The translations under genes were made by a program, and so were the position numbers. The notes under the pieces were generated by a model. The model was not told the origin of the DNA and did no database searches. It was given only the letters and a program-made list of their open reading frames with translations. Shown piece after piece: positions 20,651-30,174 of a stretch of 64,000 nucleotides of DNA (positions within the stretch are counted from its first letter, which is position 1; every line of letters begins with the position of its first letter). Origin of the DNA: an uncultured Acidobacteriota bacterium (GTDB lineage Bacteria > Acidobacteriota > Thermoanaerobaculia > UBA5066); NCBI GenBank assembly GCA_963779415.1, contig CAVZYA010000001.1:1312001-1376000 (forward strand). Reading direction: 5' to 3'.

Positions 20651-22378
20651 ATGGCACTGAAGCTCGGGGATCTCCTTCTCAAGGCGAAGCTCATCACGCA
20701 GGAACAGCTGGCCGAGGCGCTCAAGATCCAGCAGTCCTCCGGCCTGAAGCTCGGAGAAGCCCTCGTCAAGCTCGGCGCCGTCACCGAGGACGACATCACG
20801 GAGACGCTCTCGGCCCAGTTCGGAGTCCCGTCGATCAATCTCTCGCACTTCGAGATCGACCCGAGCGTCCTGAAGCTCGTCGCCGCGGACGTGGCGCGGA
20901 AGTACAACATCCTCCCGGTCAACAAGACGGGAGCCACGGTCACGATCGCGATGTCGGACCCGACGAACGTCTTCGCGCTCGACGACATCAAGTTCATGAC
21001 GGGCTACAACGTCGAGCCCGTCGTCGCCTCGGAGCAGAGCCTCCAGCTCGCCATCGACCGCCACTACGGGGCGACCCGCGCCCTCGAGCTGAAGAAGGTC
21101 ATGGAGGAGATGTCCGCGGTCGAGACGCAGGACACGAACCTCGAGGTCGTCGAGGAGGCCGAGGACGAGGCGATCGACCTCGAGCGGCTCGCCGAGGAAG
21201 GCGAGGAGGCGCCGGTCATCCGCCTCGTCAACATCATCCTGACGGACGCCATCAAGCGCGGCGCCTCGGACATCCACATCGAGCCGTACGAGAAGGAGTA
21301 CCGGGTCCGCTACCGGATCGACGGCATCCTCTACGAGGTCATGAACCCGCCGCCGAAGCTCCGGGAGGCGATCGCCTCCCGCGTGAAGATCCTCGCGAAG
21401 CTCGACATCGCCGAGAAGCGGCTCCCGCAGGACGGGCGGATCAAGATCAAGATGAAGCTGGCCGGGAAGACGAAGGAGCTGGACTACCGCGTCTCGACGC
21501 TCCCGACCCTCTTCGGCGAGAAGATCGTCTGTCGGCTTCTCGACAAGGACAACCTGATGCTCGACATGACGAGGCTCGGCTTCGAGCGCGAGAGCCTCAA
21601 CCGCTTCGAGAAGGCGATCCTCCGCCCGTGGGGGATGGTCCTCGTCACCGGGCCGACCGGCTCCGGCAAGACGAACACGCTCTATTCGGCCCTGTCGCGG
21701 ATCAATACACCCGAGACGAACATCATGACGGCCGAGGACCCGGTCGAGTTCAACCTGCCCGGCGTCAACCAGGTCCAGATGAAGGACGCCATCGGTCTGA
21801 ACTTCGCGGCCGCGCTCCGCTCGTTCCTCCGGCAGGACCCGAACATCATCCTCGTCGGCGAGATCCGCGACTTCGAGACGGCCGAGATCGCGGTGAAGGC
21901 CGCGCTCACGGGCCACCTCGTCCTCTCGACCCTCCACACGAACGACGCCCCTTCCACGATCAACCGGCTCATGAACATGGGGATCGAGCCGTACCTCGTC
22001 GCGACGTCGGTCATCCTCATCGCGGCGCAGCGTCTCATCCGCCGCGTCTGCACGAACTGCAAGGGCCCGACCGAGGTCGCACCGCAGGTCCTCGTCTCCC
22101 TCGGTTTCACGCCCGAGGAGGCGAAGTCCGTCCAGGTCATGAAGGGAAAAGGGTGCGACCGCTGCAACAACACGGGCTACAAGGGGCGCGTCGCGCTGAT
22201 CGAGGTCATCGAGGTCTCCGAGGAGATCCGGGAGATGATTCTCTCGGGCGCCTCTTCGATCGAGATCAAGCGCAAGGGGATCGAGGAAGGGATGATCTCG
22301 CTCCGCCGATCGGGCCTCGTCAAGATCAAGGAAGGGATCACGACGATCGAGGAGGTCGTCCGGGAGACGGTCCTCTAG
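20651..22378 (+). CDS. pilB: Type IV pilus assembly ATPase PilB
   Basis: KLGDLL MshEN-like N-terminus, ASDIHIEP, GPTGSGKT, RQDP..GEIRD, CxxC pairs. Confidence 0.96.
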   Translation: MALKLGDLLLKAKLITQEQLAEALKIQQSSGLKLGEALVKLGAVTEDDITETLSAQFGVPSINLSHFEIDPSVLKLVAADVARKYNILPVNKTGATVTIAMSDPTNVFALDDIKFMTGYNVEPVVASEQSLQLAIDRHYGATRALELKKVMEEMSAVETQDTNLEVVEEAEDEAIDLERLAEEGEEAPVIRLVNIILTDAIKRGASDIHIEPYEKEYRVRYRIDGILYEVMNPPPKLREAIASRVKILAKLDIAEKRLPQDGRIKIKMKLAGKTKELDYRVSTLPTLFGEKIVCRLLDKDNLMLDMTRLGFERESLNRFEKAILRPWGMVLVTGPTGSGKTNTLYSALSRINTPETNIMTAEDPVEFNLPGVNQVQMKDAIGLNFAAALRSFLRQDPNIILVGEIRDFETAEIAVKAALTGHLVLSTLHTNDAPSTINRLMNMGIEPYLVATSVILIAAQRLIRRVCTNCKGPTEVAPQVLVSLGFTPEEAKSVQVMKGKGCDRCNNTGYKGRVALIEVIEVSEEIREMILSGASSIEIKRKGIEEGMISLRRSGLVKIKEGITTIEEVVRETVL

Positions 22379-22424
22379 GCCGTCGCGTATCATTGGGGAT
22401 GCCTCGTCCGAGGGGAGGGACCTG

Positions 22425-23549
22425 ATGGGAGCGACGCTGCACCAGCTCCTGAAGACGCTCGTGGAGCGCGGGGGCTCGGATCTTCACCTCACGACGAACT
22501 CGCCGCCGATGATCCGGGTCGACGGAGACCTCGTCCCGCTCGACTTCCCGCCCCTCACCGTCCCCGAGACGAAGCAGCTCATCTACTCGATCCTGACCGA
22601 CGTCCAGAAGCACCGCTTCGAGGAGAGCCTCGAGCTGGACCTCTCCTTCGGGGTCAAGGGGCTCGCGCGCTTCCGCGGGAACGTCTTCCTGCAGCGCGGG
22701 GCGGTCTCGGGGGCCTTCCGGCAGATCCCCTACGAGATCCTCGGCTTCCGCGAGCTGGGGGTTCCGCCCGTCGTCGAGCCCCTCTGCAACAAGCCGCGCG
22801 GGCTCGTGCTCGTCACCGGACCGACGGGATCGGGGAAGTCGACGACGCTCGCGACCATGATCGACAAGATCAACCGCGAGCAGCCGCGCCACATCGTCAC
22901 GATCGAGGACCCGATCGAGTTTCTCCACTCGCACAAACGCTGCATCGTCAACCAGCGGGAGCTGCACGCGGACACCCATTCCTTCCCGAACGCGCTTCGC
23001 GCCGTCCTGCGCGAGGACCCGGACGTCGTCCTCGTCGGCGAGATGCGCGACCTCGAGACGATGGACTGCGCCCTCCGGATCGCCGAGACGGGCCACCTGA
23101 CGATGGCGACGCTCCACACGAACAGCGCCGTCCAGACGCTGAACCGGATCATCGACTCGTTCCCCGCCAACCAGCAGCCGCAGGTCCGCGCGCAGCTCTC
23201 CTTCGTCCTCGAAGGCGTTCTCTGCCAGACCCTCCTGCCTCGCGCCTCGGGCCGCGGGCGCTGCCTCGCGATGGAGATCCTGATCCCGACCCCCGCGATC
23301 CGGAACCTCATCCGCGAGGACAAGCTCCACCAGATCTACTCGATGATGCAGACCGGTCAGAACAAGTACGGGATGCAGACCTTCAACCAGTCCCTCGCGA
23401 CGCTCGTCCACCGCCGCGTGATCTCGCAGGAGCTCGCGGTCTCGGTCTCCTCGCTCCCCGACGAGCTGATCGAGATGATCCAGAGAGGGGCCGGAGCGAC
23501 GACGGCGCAGGGCACCGTCCAGCCCGTGCCCGCGGCCCGCCGGGGCTGA
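22425..23549 (+). CDS. pilT: Type IV pilus retraction ATPase PilT
   Basis: GPTGSGKSTT, AIRNLIRE, GMQT motifs. Confidence 0.97.
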   Translation: MGATLHQLLKTLVERGGSDLHLTTNSPPMIRVDGDLVPLDFPPLTVPETKQLIYSILTDVQKHRFEESLELDLSFGVKGLARFRGNVFLQRGAVSGAFRQIPYEILGFRELGVPPVVEPLCNKPRGLVLVTGPTGSGKSTTLATMIDKINREQPRHIVTIEDPIEFLHSHKRCIVNQRELHADTHSFPNALRAVLREDPDVVLVGEMRDLETMDCALRIAETGHLTMATLHTNSAVQTLNRIIDSFPANQQPQVRAQLSFVLEGVLCQTLLPRASGRGRCLAMEILIPTPAIRNLIREDKLHQIYSMMQTGQNKYGMQTFNQSLATLVHRRVISQELAVSVSSLPDELIEMIQRGAGATTAQGTVQPVPAARRG

Positions 23550-23570
23550 GGCGGAGGAGGAAGGAGCGCC

Positions 23571-24776
23571 ATGGCCCAGTTCGTCTGGAAAGGAAAGACG
23601 CGGCAGGGGGTCGTGACCGGCGGCGTCCTCGTCGCCGACTCGAAGGACATGGCGATCGCCGACCTCAGGCGGCGGCAGATCGACGTCTCGACCGTCAAGG
23701 AGAAAGGGAAGGAATTCGCGATCCCGAAGGTGGGGCCGGGGAAGGTCAACTCCAAGCGCCTCGCCATCTTCACGCGGCAGTTCTCCGTCATGATCGACGC
23801 GGGGCTTCCGCTGGTGCAGTGCCTCGAGATCCTCGGGGGACAGCAGGACAACCGCCTCTTCCAGAAGATCATCCTCGCGGTCCGTCAGGACGTGGAATCA
23901 GGCTCGTCGCTCGCCGAAGCGATGCGCAAGCACCCGAAGGCGTTCGACGACCTCTTCGTCAACATGGTCGCCGCCGGCGAGGCGGGCGGTATCCTCGACA
24001 CGATCCTCCGGCGCCTCTCGACCTACATCGAAAAGGCGGTCAAGCTGAAGGGGCAGGTGAAGACGGCGCTCATCTATCCCGTTTCGGTCCTCCTCGTCGC
24101 GTCCATCGTCGTCTTCATCATTCTCTGGAAGGTCATCCCGACTTTCGCCGCCCTTTTCGCCGCCCTCGGCGCGCAGCTCCCGCTCCCGACCCGGATGGTC
24201 ATCGCGGCCTCCAACTTCGTCGCGCGGTACATCATCTTCATCTTCATCGCCATCGGCGTGGCGGGATTCTTCCTTTCGCGCTATTACGCGACCTACCGCG
24301 GCCGGCGGGTGATCGACGGCATCGTCCTGAAGCTCCCCGTCCTCGGGGACATCATGCGCAAGATCGCCGTCGCCCGCTTCTGCCGAACCCTCGCGACGCT
24401 CACCTCTTCGGGCGTCCCGATCCTCGACGGCCTCGAGATCACGGCCCGGACGGCCGGAAACGCGATCATCGAGGACGCGATCCTCGGCGTGAGGAAGTCG
24501 GTCGAGGCCGGGCGCACGATCGCCGAACCCCTCGCCGAGACGAAGGTCTTCCCGTCGATGGTCGTCCAGATGATCAGCGTCGGCGAGCAGACCGGCGCCC
24601 TCGACGCGATGCTGACGAAAATCGCCGAGTTCTACGAGGATGAGGTCGACAACGCGGTCGAGGGGCTCATGAAGCTGATGGAGCCCATCATGATCGCGAT
24701 CCTCGGCACGGTCATCGGGACGATCATCGTCGCGATGTACATGCCGATGTTCGACCTCATCGGAAAGATCCAGTAG
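23571..24776 (+). CDS. pilC: Type IV pilus platform protein PilC
   Basis: FTRQFSVMIDAGLPL, AGEAGG.L, GEQTGALD.ML. Confidence 0.95.
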   Translation: MAQFVWKGKTRQGVVTGGVLVADSKDMAIADLRRRQIDVSTVKEKGKEFAIPKVGPGKVNSKRLAIFTRQFSVMIDAGLPLVQCLEILGGQQDNRLFQKIILAVRQDVESGSSLAEAMRKHPKAFDDLFVNMVAAGEAGGILDTILRRLSTYIEKAVKLKGQVKTALIYPVSVLLVASIVVFIILWKVIPTFAALFAALGAQLPLPTRMVIAASNFVARYIIFIFIAIGVAGFFLSRYYATYRGRRVIDGIVLKLPVLGDIMRKIAVARFCRTLATLTSSGVPILDGLEITARTAGNAIIEDAILGVRKSVEAGRTIAEPLAETKVFPSMVVQMISVGEQTGALDAMLTKIAEFYEDEVDNAVEGLMKLMEPIMIAILGTVIGTIIVAMYMPMFDLIGKIQ

Positions 24777-24823
24777 CCCCTCTCCGGCGCCTTTCCGCAC
24801 GGCGCGACGCTAGAATTCCCGGT

Positions 24824-26483
24824 GTGGGTCCCACGACGGACGACGCCGGCGACGCCCTGCGCCCGATGCTCCGCGCCTACGCGTCGCTTCGTCTCGTCGT
24901 CGTCTTCACCCTCATGTTCTCGGCGTTCCTCATCCAGATCACCTTCGACGTCTCGCTCCCGCTCGGCCTGGTCTACTACCTCGTCGCCTTCGCCTGCCTC
25001 CTGTCGGTCGGCTCGCTCCTCACTCTCGAACGGATCCCGGCCGAGGCGAACGCCGGCCTCCAGATTCTCGGAGACCTCTTCGTCGTCACCGGCCTCGTCT
25101 GGATCTCGGGAGGCCCCGACTCGTCGTTCACCTTCCTCTACCTCGCCGCGGTCGCGGCCGGCGCGATCCTCCTCGGCCGCCGCGGCGGCCTCAGCGCGGC
25201 GGGCCTCGCCGCGGTCTTCTATACCGTCCTTCTGGACCTGATGTACTTCGGGGTCCTCACCCCGGTCGACGGCCCGCGCTTCTGGCCGGCGGCGACCCTC
25301 GTCGGGAATGCGGCGCTGAACGTCGCCGCGTTCGTCGCGACGGCGTTTCTCGTAACGGCGAGCACCGAGAAGCTCGGCGAGGCGCGGCGCGACGTCGAGC
25401 GTCGCAAGGCGGAGATCGCGCGCCTCCAGGCCCTCCACGCCTCGGTCCTCTCCTCGATGTCCTCCGGCGTCCTGACGACGGACCTCGACGGCGTCGTCAC
25501 GTATGCGAACCCGGCGGCCGCCGAGCTTCTCGACCTGGCGCCGATCGACCTCATCGGGAAGCCCGTCCTCTCGCTGGGGCTCGCGGACGCCGCGACCTGG
25601 GAGCGGATCCGTGCCGCCGAACGGGAGATCCTCCGCTTCGACGCCATACGGCCGACGCGCGGGACCGAGGCGTTCTTCGGCGTCTCGGCGAGCTCGCTTC
25701 GGGACGCGGGCGGGCGGCCGACGGGGCGGATCCTGATCTTCCAGAACGTCACGCGGCTCCGGAAGCTGGAGGGCGAGGTCCGCCTGAAGGAGAAGCTGGC
25801 GGCCGTGGGCGAGCTCGCCGCCGGGATCGCCCACGAGATCCGCAACCCGCTCGCCTCGATCTCGGGCTCCGTCCAGGTCCTCAAGGGGATGGGGACCCCC
25901 GGCTCCGGGGAGCACCGCCTCATGGACATCGTCGTCACGGAGTCCCAGCGCCTCTCCCGGATCCTCGAGGACTTCCTCCGCTACGTCCGGCCGCGCGAGC
26001 GGTCCGTCGAGCCCGTCGACGCGCCCGCCGCGCTACGCGACGTCCTCACGCTCCTGCAGCACAGCGACGAGGTGTCGCCGCGGCATACGATCTCCTTCGA
26101 GCTCGATCCCCCCTCCGCCGTCCTCTCCGCCGATCCCGGCCAGCTCCGGCAGATCTTCTGGAACGTCTCCCGGAACGCCCTTTCGGCGATGCCCGCGGGG
26201 GGCTCCCTCACCGTAAGGACCCGCCTCGAGGGCGGCACGTGGACCGTCTCCTTCACCGACGACGGGCGCGGAATGACACCGGAGGAACGCAACCGTCTCT
26301 TCACGCCATTTGCTCACAGCTTCCGGGGAGGGACGGGGCTGGGCCTCGCGATCGTCTATCGGATCGTCGAGGAGCACGGCGGGCGGATCGACGTCGAGAC
26401 CGAGCCGCACCGCGGCACGACCGTCACGATCTCCCTGCCGGCGGCGCGCGTCCGAGTCCCGGCCGGCCCGGGAGGTCGCATGA
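24824..26483 (+). CDS. pilS: Sensor histidine kinase PilS (multi-TM, PAS, HisKA, HATPase); as assembled it reads through into pilR
   Basis: AHEIRNPL, N box, DDGRG, GTGLGL; GGAGGT-cgc-ATGA junction at 26471-26483. Confidence 0.85.
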
Positions 26484-27919
26484 CGGCACCGGCCGGGCCG
26501 GAGCTTCTGATCGTCGACGACGAGCCGGGGATCGTCGACATGCTGTCGATCGTCTTCCAGAACGAGGGCTACCGCGTCGCCTCCGCGCGCTCCTGCACCG
26601 AGGCTCTCGCGCGGCTCGACCGGGCCATGCCCGACCTCGTCCTCACGGACGTCCGGATGCCCGACGGGAGCGGCTTCGAGATCCTCAAGCGGAGCCGCGA
26701 GCTTTCGCCGTCGGTTCCGGTCGTGATGATCACGGCCTACACGACGACGAAGACCGCGATCGACGCGCTGAAGGCCGGCGCCTACGACTACATCTCGAAG
26801 CCCTTCGACGTCGACGAGATGAAGCACGTCGTCGAGCGGGCCCTCGAGCGCAAGCGCCTCGCGGAGGAGAACGTCGCGCTCCGCGAGCGGATCGACAAGT
26901 CGACGAGGGGGGTCGTCGGCGTCTCGCGCAAGATGCGCGCCCTGCTCGATCTCGTCGACCGGATCGGGAAGACCTCCTCGACGGTCCTCGTCTCGGGCGA
27001 GTCCGGAACCGGCAAGGAGCTGATCGCCCGTGCGATCCACGAGGCTTCGTCCCGCGCCGCGCAGCCGTTCATCTCCATCAACTGCGGGGCGATGCCCGAG
27101 ACCCTTCTCGAGTCGGAGCTGTTCGGTCACGAGAAGGGGGCCTTCACCGGGGCGATCCGGGAGAAGAAGGGGCTCTTCCAGGAAGCCGAAGGGGGGACGC
27201 TCTTCCTCGACGAGATCGGCGAGACCTCCGTCACGATGCAGGTCAAGCTCCTCCGCGCCCTTCAGGAGCGCGTCATCCGGCACGTGGGTGGGAACGCCGA
27301 GGAGCCCATCGACGTGAGGATCATCTGCGCCACGAACAAGGACCTCGGGAAGAAGGTCCGGGAAGGGTCCTTCCGCGAGGACCTCTTCTACCGGATCAAC
27401 GTGATCCCCCTTCCGATCCCTCCGCTCCGTGAGCGCCGCGAGGACATCCCGTACCTCGTCCGCCACTTTCTCCGGAAGGTGGCCCGCGAGCAGGGGATGT
27501 CGGAGAAGAAGATCTCGACCGAAGCGATGCGACTCCTTGAAGCGCACGCCTGGCCGGGGAACGTCCGCGAGCTGGAGAACCTGATCGAGCGGACCGTCGC
27601 CCTCGAGCCGTCGGAGGTGATCACGACGAGCTCGCTCCCGGAGGTCTTCCTCCATCCGGCCGGGCTCCCTTCCGCCTCCGGGGCCGACGGCATCGACCTG
27701 CCGACGGAAGGGATCGACCTCGAGCGCTATGTCGAGTGGCTCGGTAAGCGGCTGATGCAGCAGGCTCTCGAGCGGACGGGCGGCGTCCAGATCCGGGCCG
27801 CGGAGCTGCTCCGGATGTCGGAGCGCTCCTTCCGCTACTACGCGAAGAAGTACGGCATCCGGCGGGAGGGGGAGGAGGTCCCGGACGAAAGGGCCGAGCC
27901 TCCCGTCGACCGCCCGTGA
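26480..27919 (+). CDS. pilR: Sigma54-dependent response regulator PilR
   Basis: Receiver domain (VDDE, TDVRMP, KPF), GESGTGKE, GAFTGA, WPGNVREL, HTH; own RBS GGAGGT. Confidence 0.9.
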   Translation: MTAPAGPELLIVDDEPGIVDMLSIVFQNEGYRVASARSCTEALARLDRAMPDLVLTDVRMPDGSGFEILKRSRELSPSVPVVMITAYTTTKTAIDALKAGAYDYISKPFDVDEMKHVVERALERKRLAEENVALRERIDKSTRGVVGVSRKMRALLDLVDRIGKTSSTVLVSGESGTGKELIARAIHEASSRAAQPFISINCGAMPETLLESELFGHEKGAFTGAIREKKGLFQEAEGGTLFLDEIGETSVTMQVKLLRALQERVIRHVGGNAEEPIDVRIICATNKDLGKKVREGSFREDLFYRINVIPLPIPPLRERREDIPYLVRHFLRKVAREQGMSEKKISTEAMRLLEAHAWPGNVRELENLIERTVALEPSEVITTSSLPEVFLHPAGLPSASGADGIDLPTEGIDLERYVEWLGKRLMQQALERTGGVQIRAAELLRMSERSFRYYAKKYGIRREGEEVPDERAEPPVDRP

Positions 27920-28399
27920 CGTCGCGAGCCGCGTTCCCCGCAGCGCTCCTCGCCTTCGCGCTCGCCTCCTGCACGCGCCCGGGCCCGGCGGGCTCTCCCG
28001 CCGCGCCCGTGCCGGGAAAAGGTCCCCGGGTCGTCCTTCCGTCCGGCACCGTCGTTCTCGGTCGAGCTCGCCCTGACGGACGCGGAGCGCGCCCAGGGGC
28101 TGATGTACCGCGAGTCGCTCGCCGACGGAGCCGGGATGCTCTTTCTCTTCGACACTCTCGAGGCCCGTCCCTTCTGGATGAAGAGCTGCCACTTCCCGCT
28201 CGACATCGTCCACCTGACGAAGGACGGCACGGTCGTCGACGTCCTGGCGAACGTCCCTCCGTGCGCCGCGGACCCCTGCCCGACCTACCCGCCGGCGGCC
28301 CCGTCGGACACCGTCCTCGAGCTGAACGCGGCGGCCGCGTCGAAGAACGGGCTCGTCCGCGGGGCGAAGGTCGGGTTCGTCGAGGTCCCAGGCAGGTAA
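27916..28399 (+). CDS. DUF192 family lipoprotein, frameshifted near 28054
   Basis: Lipobox LASC in one frame; VELA.T..ERAQGLM.R, GMLF, FWMK..FPLD, VLELN in the next frame. Confidence 0.8.
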
Positions 28400-28454
28400 G
28401 ACAGACTTGATATCGATCATCTAATCGTAGGAGAATGACGCCGGGAGGCACGCC

Positions 28455-28664
28455 ATGTCTCGCACGGTCGTCTCGTCGAAGTTTCAGGTCGTGATTCCGA
28501 AGGACGTCCGGAATGAGAGCGGGCTGAAGAAAGGACAGAGATTTCAGGTCCTCAGCCGGGGCGGCGTCATCACCCTCGTTCCGGAAGAGCCCCTCTCGGC
28601 GCTCAAGGGCTTCGCGAAGCGGGTCCGGGCGAGTGGCTTCCGAGAGAAGAAGGAACGGCTCTGA
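28455..28664 (+). CDS. AbrB/MazE-fold antitoxin (VapB)
   Basis: VSSKFQVVIPKDVR; upstream TTGATA-N18-GAGAAT promoter-like sequence. Confidence 0.88.
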   Translation: MSRTVVSSKFQVVIPKDVRNESGLKKGQRFQVLSRGGVITLVPEEPLSALKGFAKRVRASGFREKKERL

Positions 28665-29041
28665 GGCTGATCGACTCGTCAGCCTGGCTGGAAGTCTTCC
28701 GCGACGGCCCTCATGCCGACCGCGTTCTTCGCCTCATCGGGGATCCGACGAATATCGTGACGCCGAGCGTCGTTCTCTACGAGGTCTACAAGGTCCTGAA
28801 GCGCGACGACTCCGAGGAAGACGCCCTCCGTGCCGCCGCGCAGATCCTGAAGACGAACATCGTGCCGCTGACGGAAACCCTCGCCCTCGAAGCGGCCGAC
28901 TTGAGCCTCGGTCACCACCTCGCCATGGCCGACGCGATCGTCTATGCGACCGGCCGGAGCCAAAGGGCCGAGATCGTCACGGCCGACGCCGATCTCGGCC
29001 GGCTGCCCGGGGTGGTCTTCTTCTCCAAGAAGAAATTCTGA
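28661..29041 (+). CDS. vapC: PIN-domain toxin VapC, apparent CTG start
   Basis: (M)RLIDSSAWLE...VLYEV...ADAIVYAT...TADAD; the first catalytic Asp lies upstream of the ORF-track start. Confidence 0.88.
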   Translation: MRLIDSSAWLEVFRDGPHADRVLRLIGDPTNIVTPSVVLYEVYKVLKRDDSEEDALRAAAQILKTNIVPLTETLALEAADLSLGHHLAMADAIVYATGRSQRAEIVTADADLGRLPGVVFFSKKKF

Positions 29042-29230
29042 TCGAAGCCAATCGAGTGGTCATGAGCGGTGGGTACTCCGGAGAAAAGGGCCTTCTACTG
29101 AATTTCGTACACGCAGAGACCTCGACCGGCATAGACGAAGCGGCAAGGTGCCCAGCCTTCGCTACGGATGGAAGAGGGAGAGGCGGCTCCTTTCGGGCCG
29201 ATCGTCGGGGAAAGCCATAGAGTGCCGGCT

Positions 29231-29250
29231 CTGCCAAATGGCAGTAGAAT
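29231..29250 (+). promoter_or_regulatory. Palindromic operator abutting the -10 box of the Xre-RES operon
   Basis: CTGCCA-AA-TGGCAG immediately followed by TAGAAT. Confidence 0.65.
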
Positions 29251-29274
29251 CGTGGCCAGATTGGGGGTTCCGCC

Positions 29275-29703
29275 ATGCTCTCCACGAAGCGGATGGTCGA
29301 AACGCTCGGAGGCCCGAAGATTCTGCGGGCCGGGAGTCTCGAGGATCTGAGGAACCGCGTCCGTTCCGGGCTCCCGTACGGGTCGCTCGAAGCCGTGACC
29401 TCGGCCTACGCGATCGACGCGAAAGAGCTGGCTTCGATCCTTCACGTCCCCCCGCGGACGCTCGCGAGGCGAAAGAAGTCCCGCCGTTTCACTGCGGACG
29501 AATCGGACCGGCTGTTCCGCGTCGGACGGATGGCTGCCCTCGCTGAGGACGTCCTTGGCGGACGGGACAAGGCGGCGAGTTGGCTTCAGAGGCCGAACCG
29601 GGCGCTCGGACTGAAATCGCCCCTTCAGTCGCTCGACAGCGATCTCGGCGCGGCGGAAGTCGAGTCCCTGCTGCGGCGAATCGAGCACGGGGTTTACAGC
29701 TAG
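29275..29703 (+). CDS. Xre/MbcA/ParS antitoxin
   Basis: GLP, RTLARRK, ESDRL.R, W...PNRALG...P, IEHGVYS. Confidence 0.92.
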   Translation: MLSTKRMVETLGGPKILRAGSLEDLRNRVRSGLPYGSLEAVTSAYAIDAKELASILHVPPRTLARRKKSRRFTADESDRLFRVGRMAALAEDVLGGRDKAASWLQRPNRALGLKSPLQSLDSDLGAAEVESLLRRIEHGVYS

Positions 29704-29711
29704 GGCTCGAC

Positions 29712-30173
29712 GTGAGGGTCTGGCGCCTCTGCCGTCGCCGGTATTCCGCCTTCGACGGAGAAGGCGCCCGGATCGCCGGAGGACGATGGAACCGGAGAGG
29801 GACGCCCGTCGTGTACACGTCGGAGACGCTCTCGCTGGCGGCGTTGGAGTACTTCGTGAACCTCGATGCCTCGGAAGCCCCCGACGACCTCGTCTCGATC
29901 TTCGCCGACATTCCCGAGGACATGCCCGTCGCGATCGTCAAAGAGCGCGACCTTCCGCAGGACTGGCGCCGATACCCTGCCCTGGAATCGCTTGTCGATC
30001 TCGGGGCCGAATGGGTGACGCGCGGTCGGGAAGCCGTTCTTTCCGTGCCGTCGGCCGTCGTGCCTTCGGAGCGCAATTACCTCCTGAGCCCCTCTCACTC
30101 CGCCTTCGAGAGGATTCGGATCGGTCCGCCTCAGCCCTTCTCGCTCGACCCGCGACTCTGGAACGTGCGCTGA
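29712..30173 (+). CDS. RES-domain toxin
   Basis: WRL, GEGA...GGRWN, YTS....LA.LE, VPS.VVP.E.N, DPRL. Confidence 0.92.
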   Translation: MRVWRLCRRRYSAFDGEGARIAGGRWNRRGTPVVYTSETLSLAALEYFVNLDASEAPDDLVSIFADIPEDMPVAIVKERDLPQDWRRYPALESLVDLGAEWVTRGREAVLSVPSAVVPSERNYLLSPSHSAFERIRIGPPQPFSLDPRLWNVR

Positions 30174-30174
30174 G

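Noticed and set aside
29042-29230. Gene between the two TA pairs
   Set aside because: Only short frames without convincing start or motifs; possibly a remnant but unsupported.
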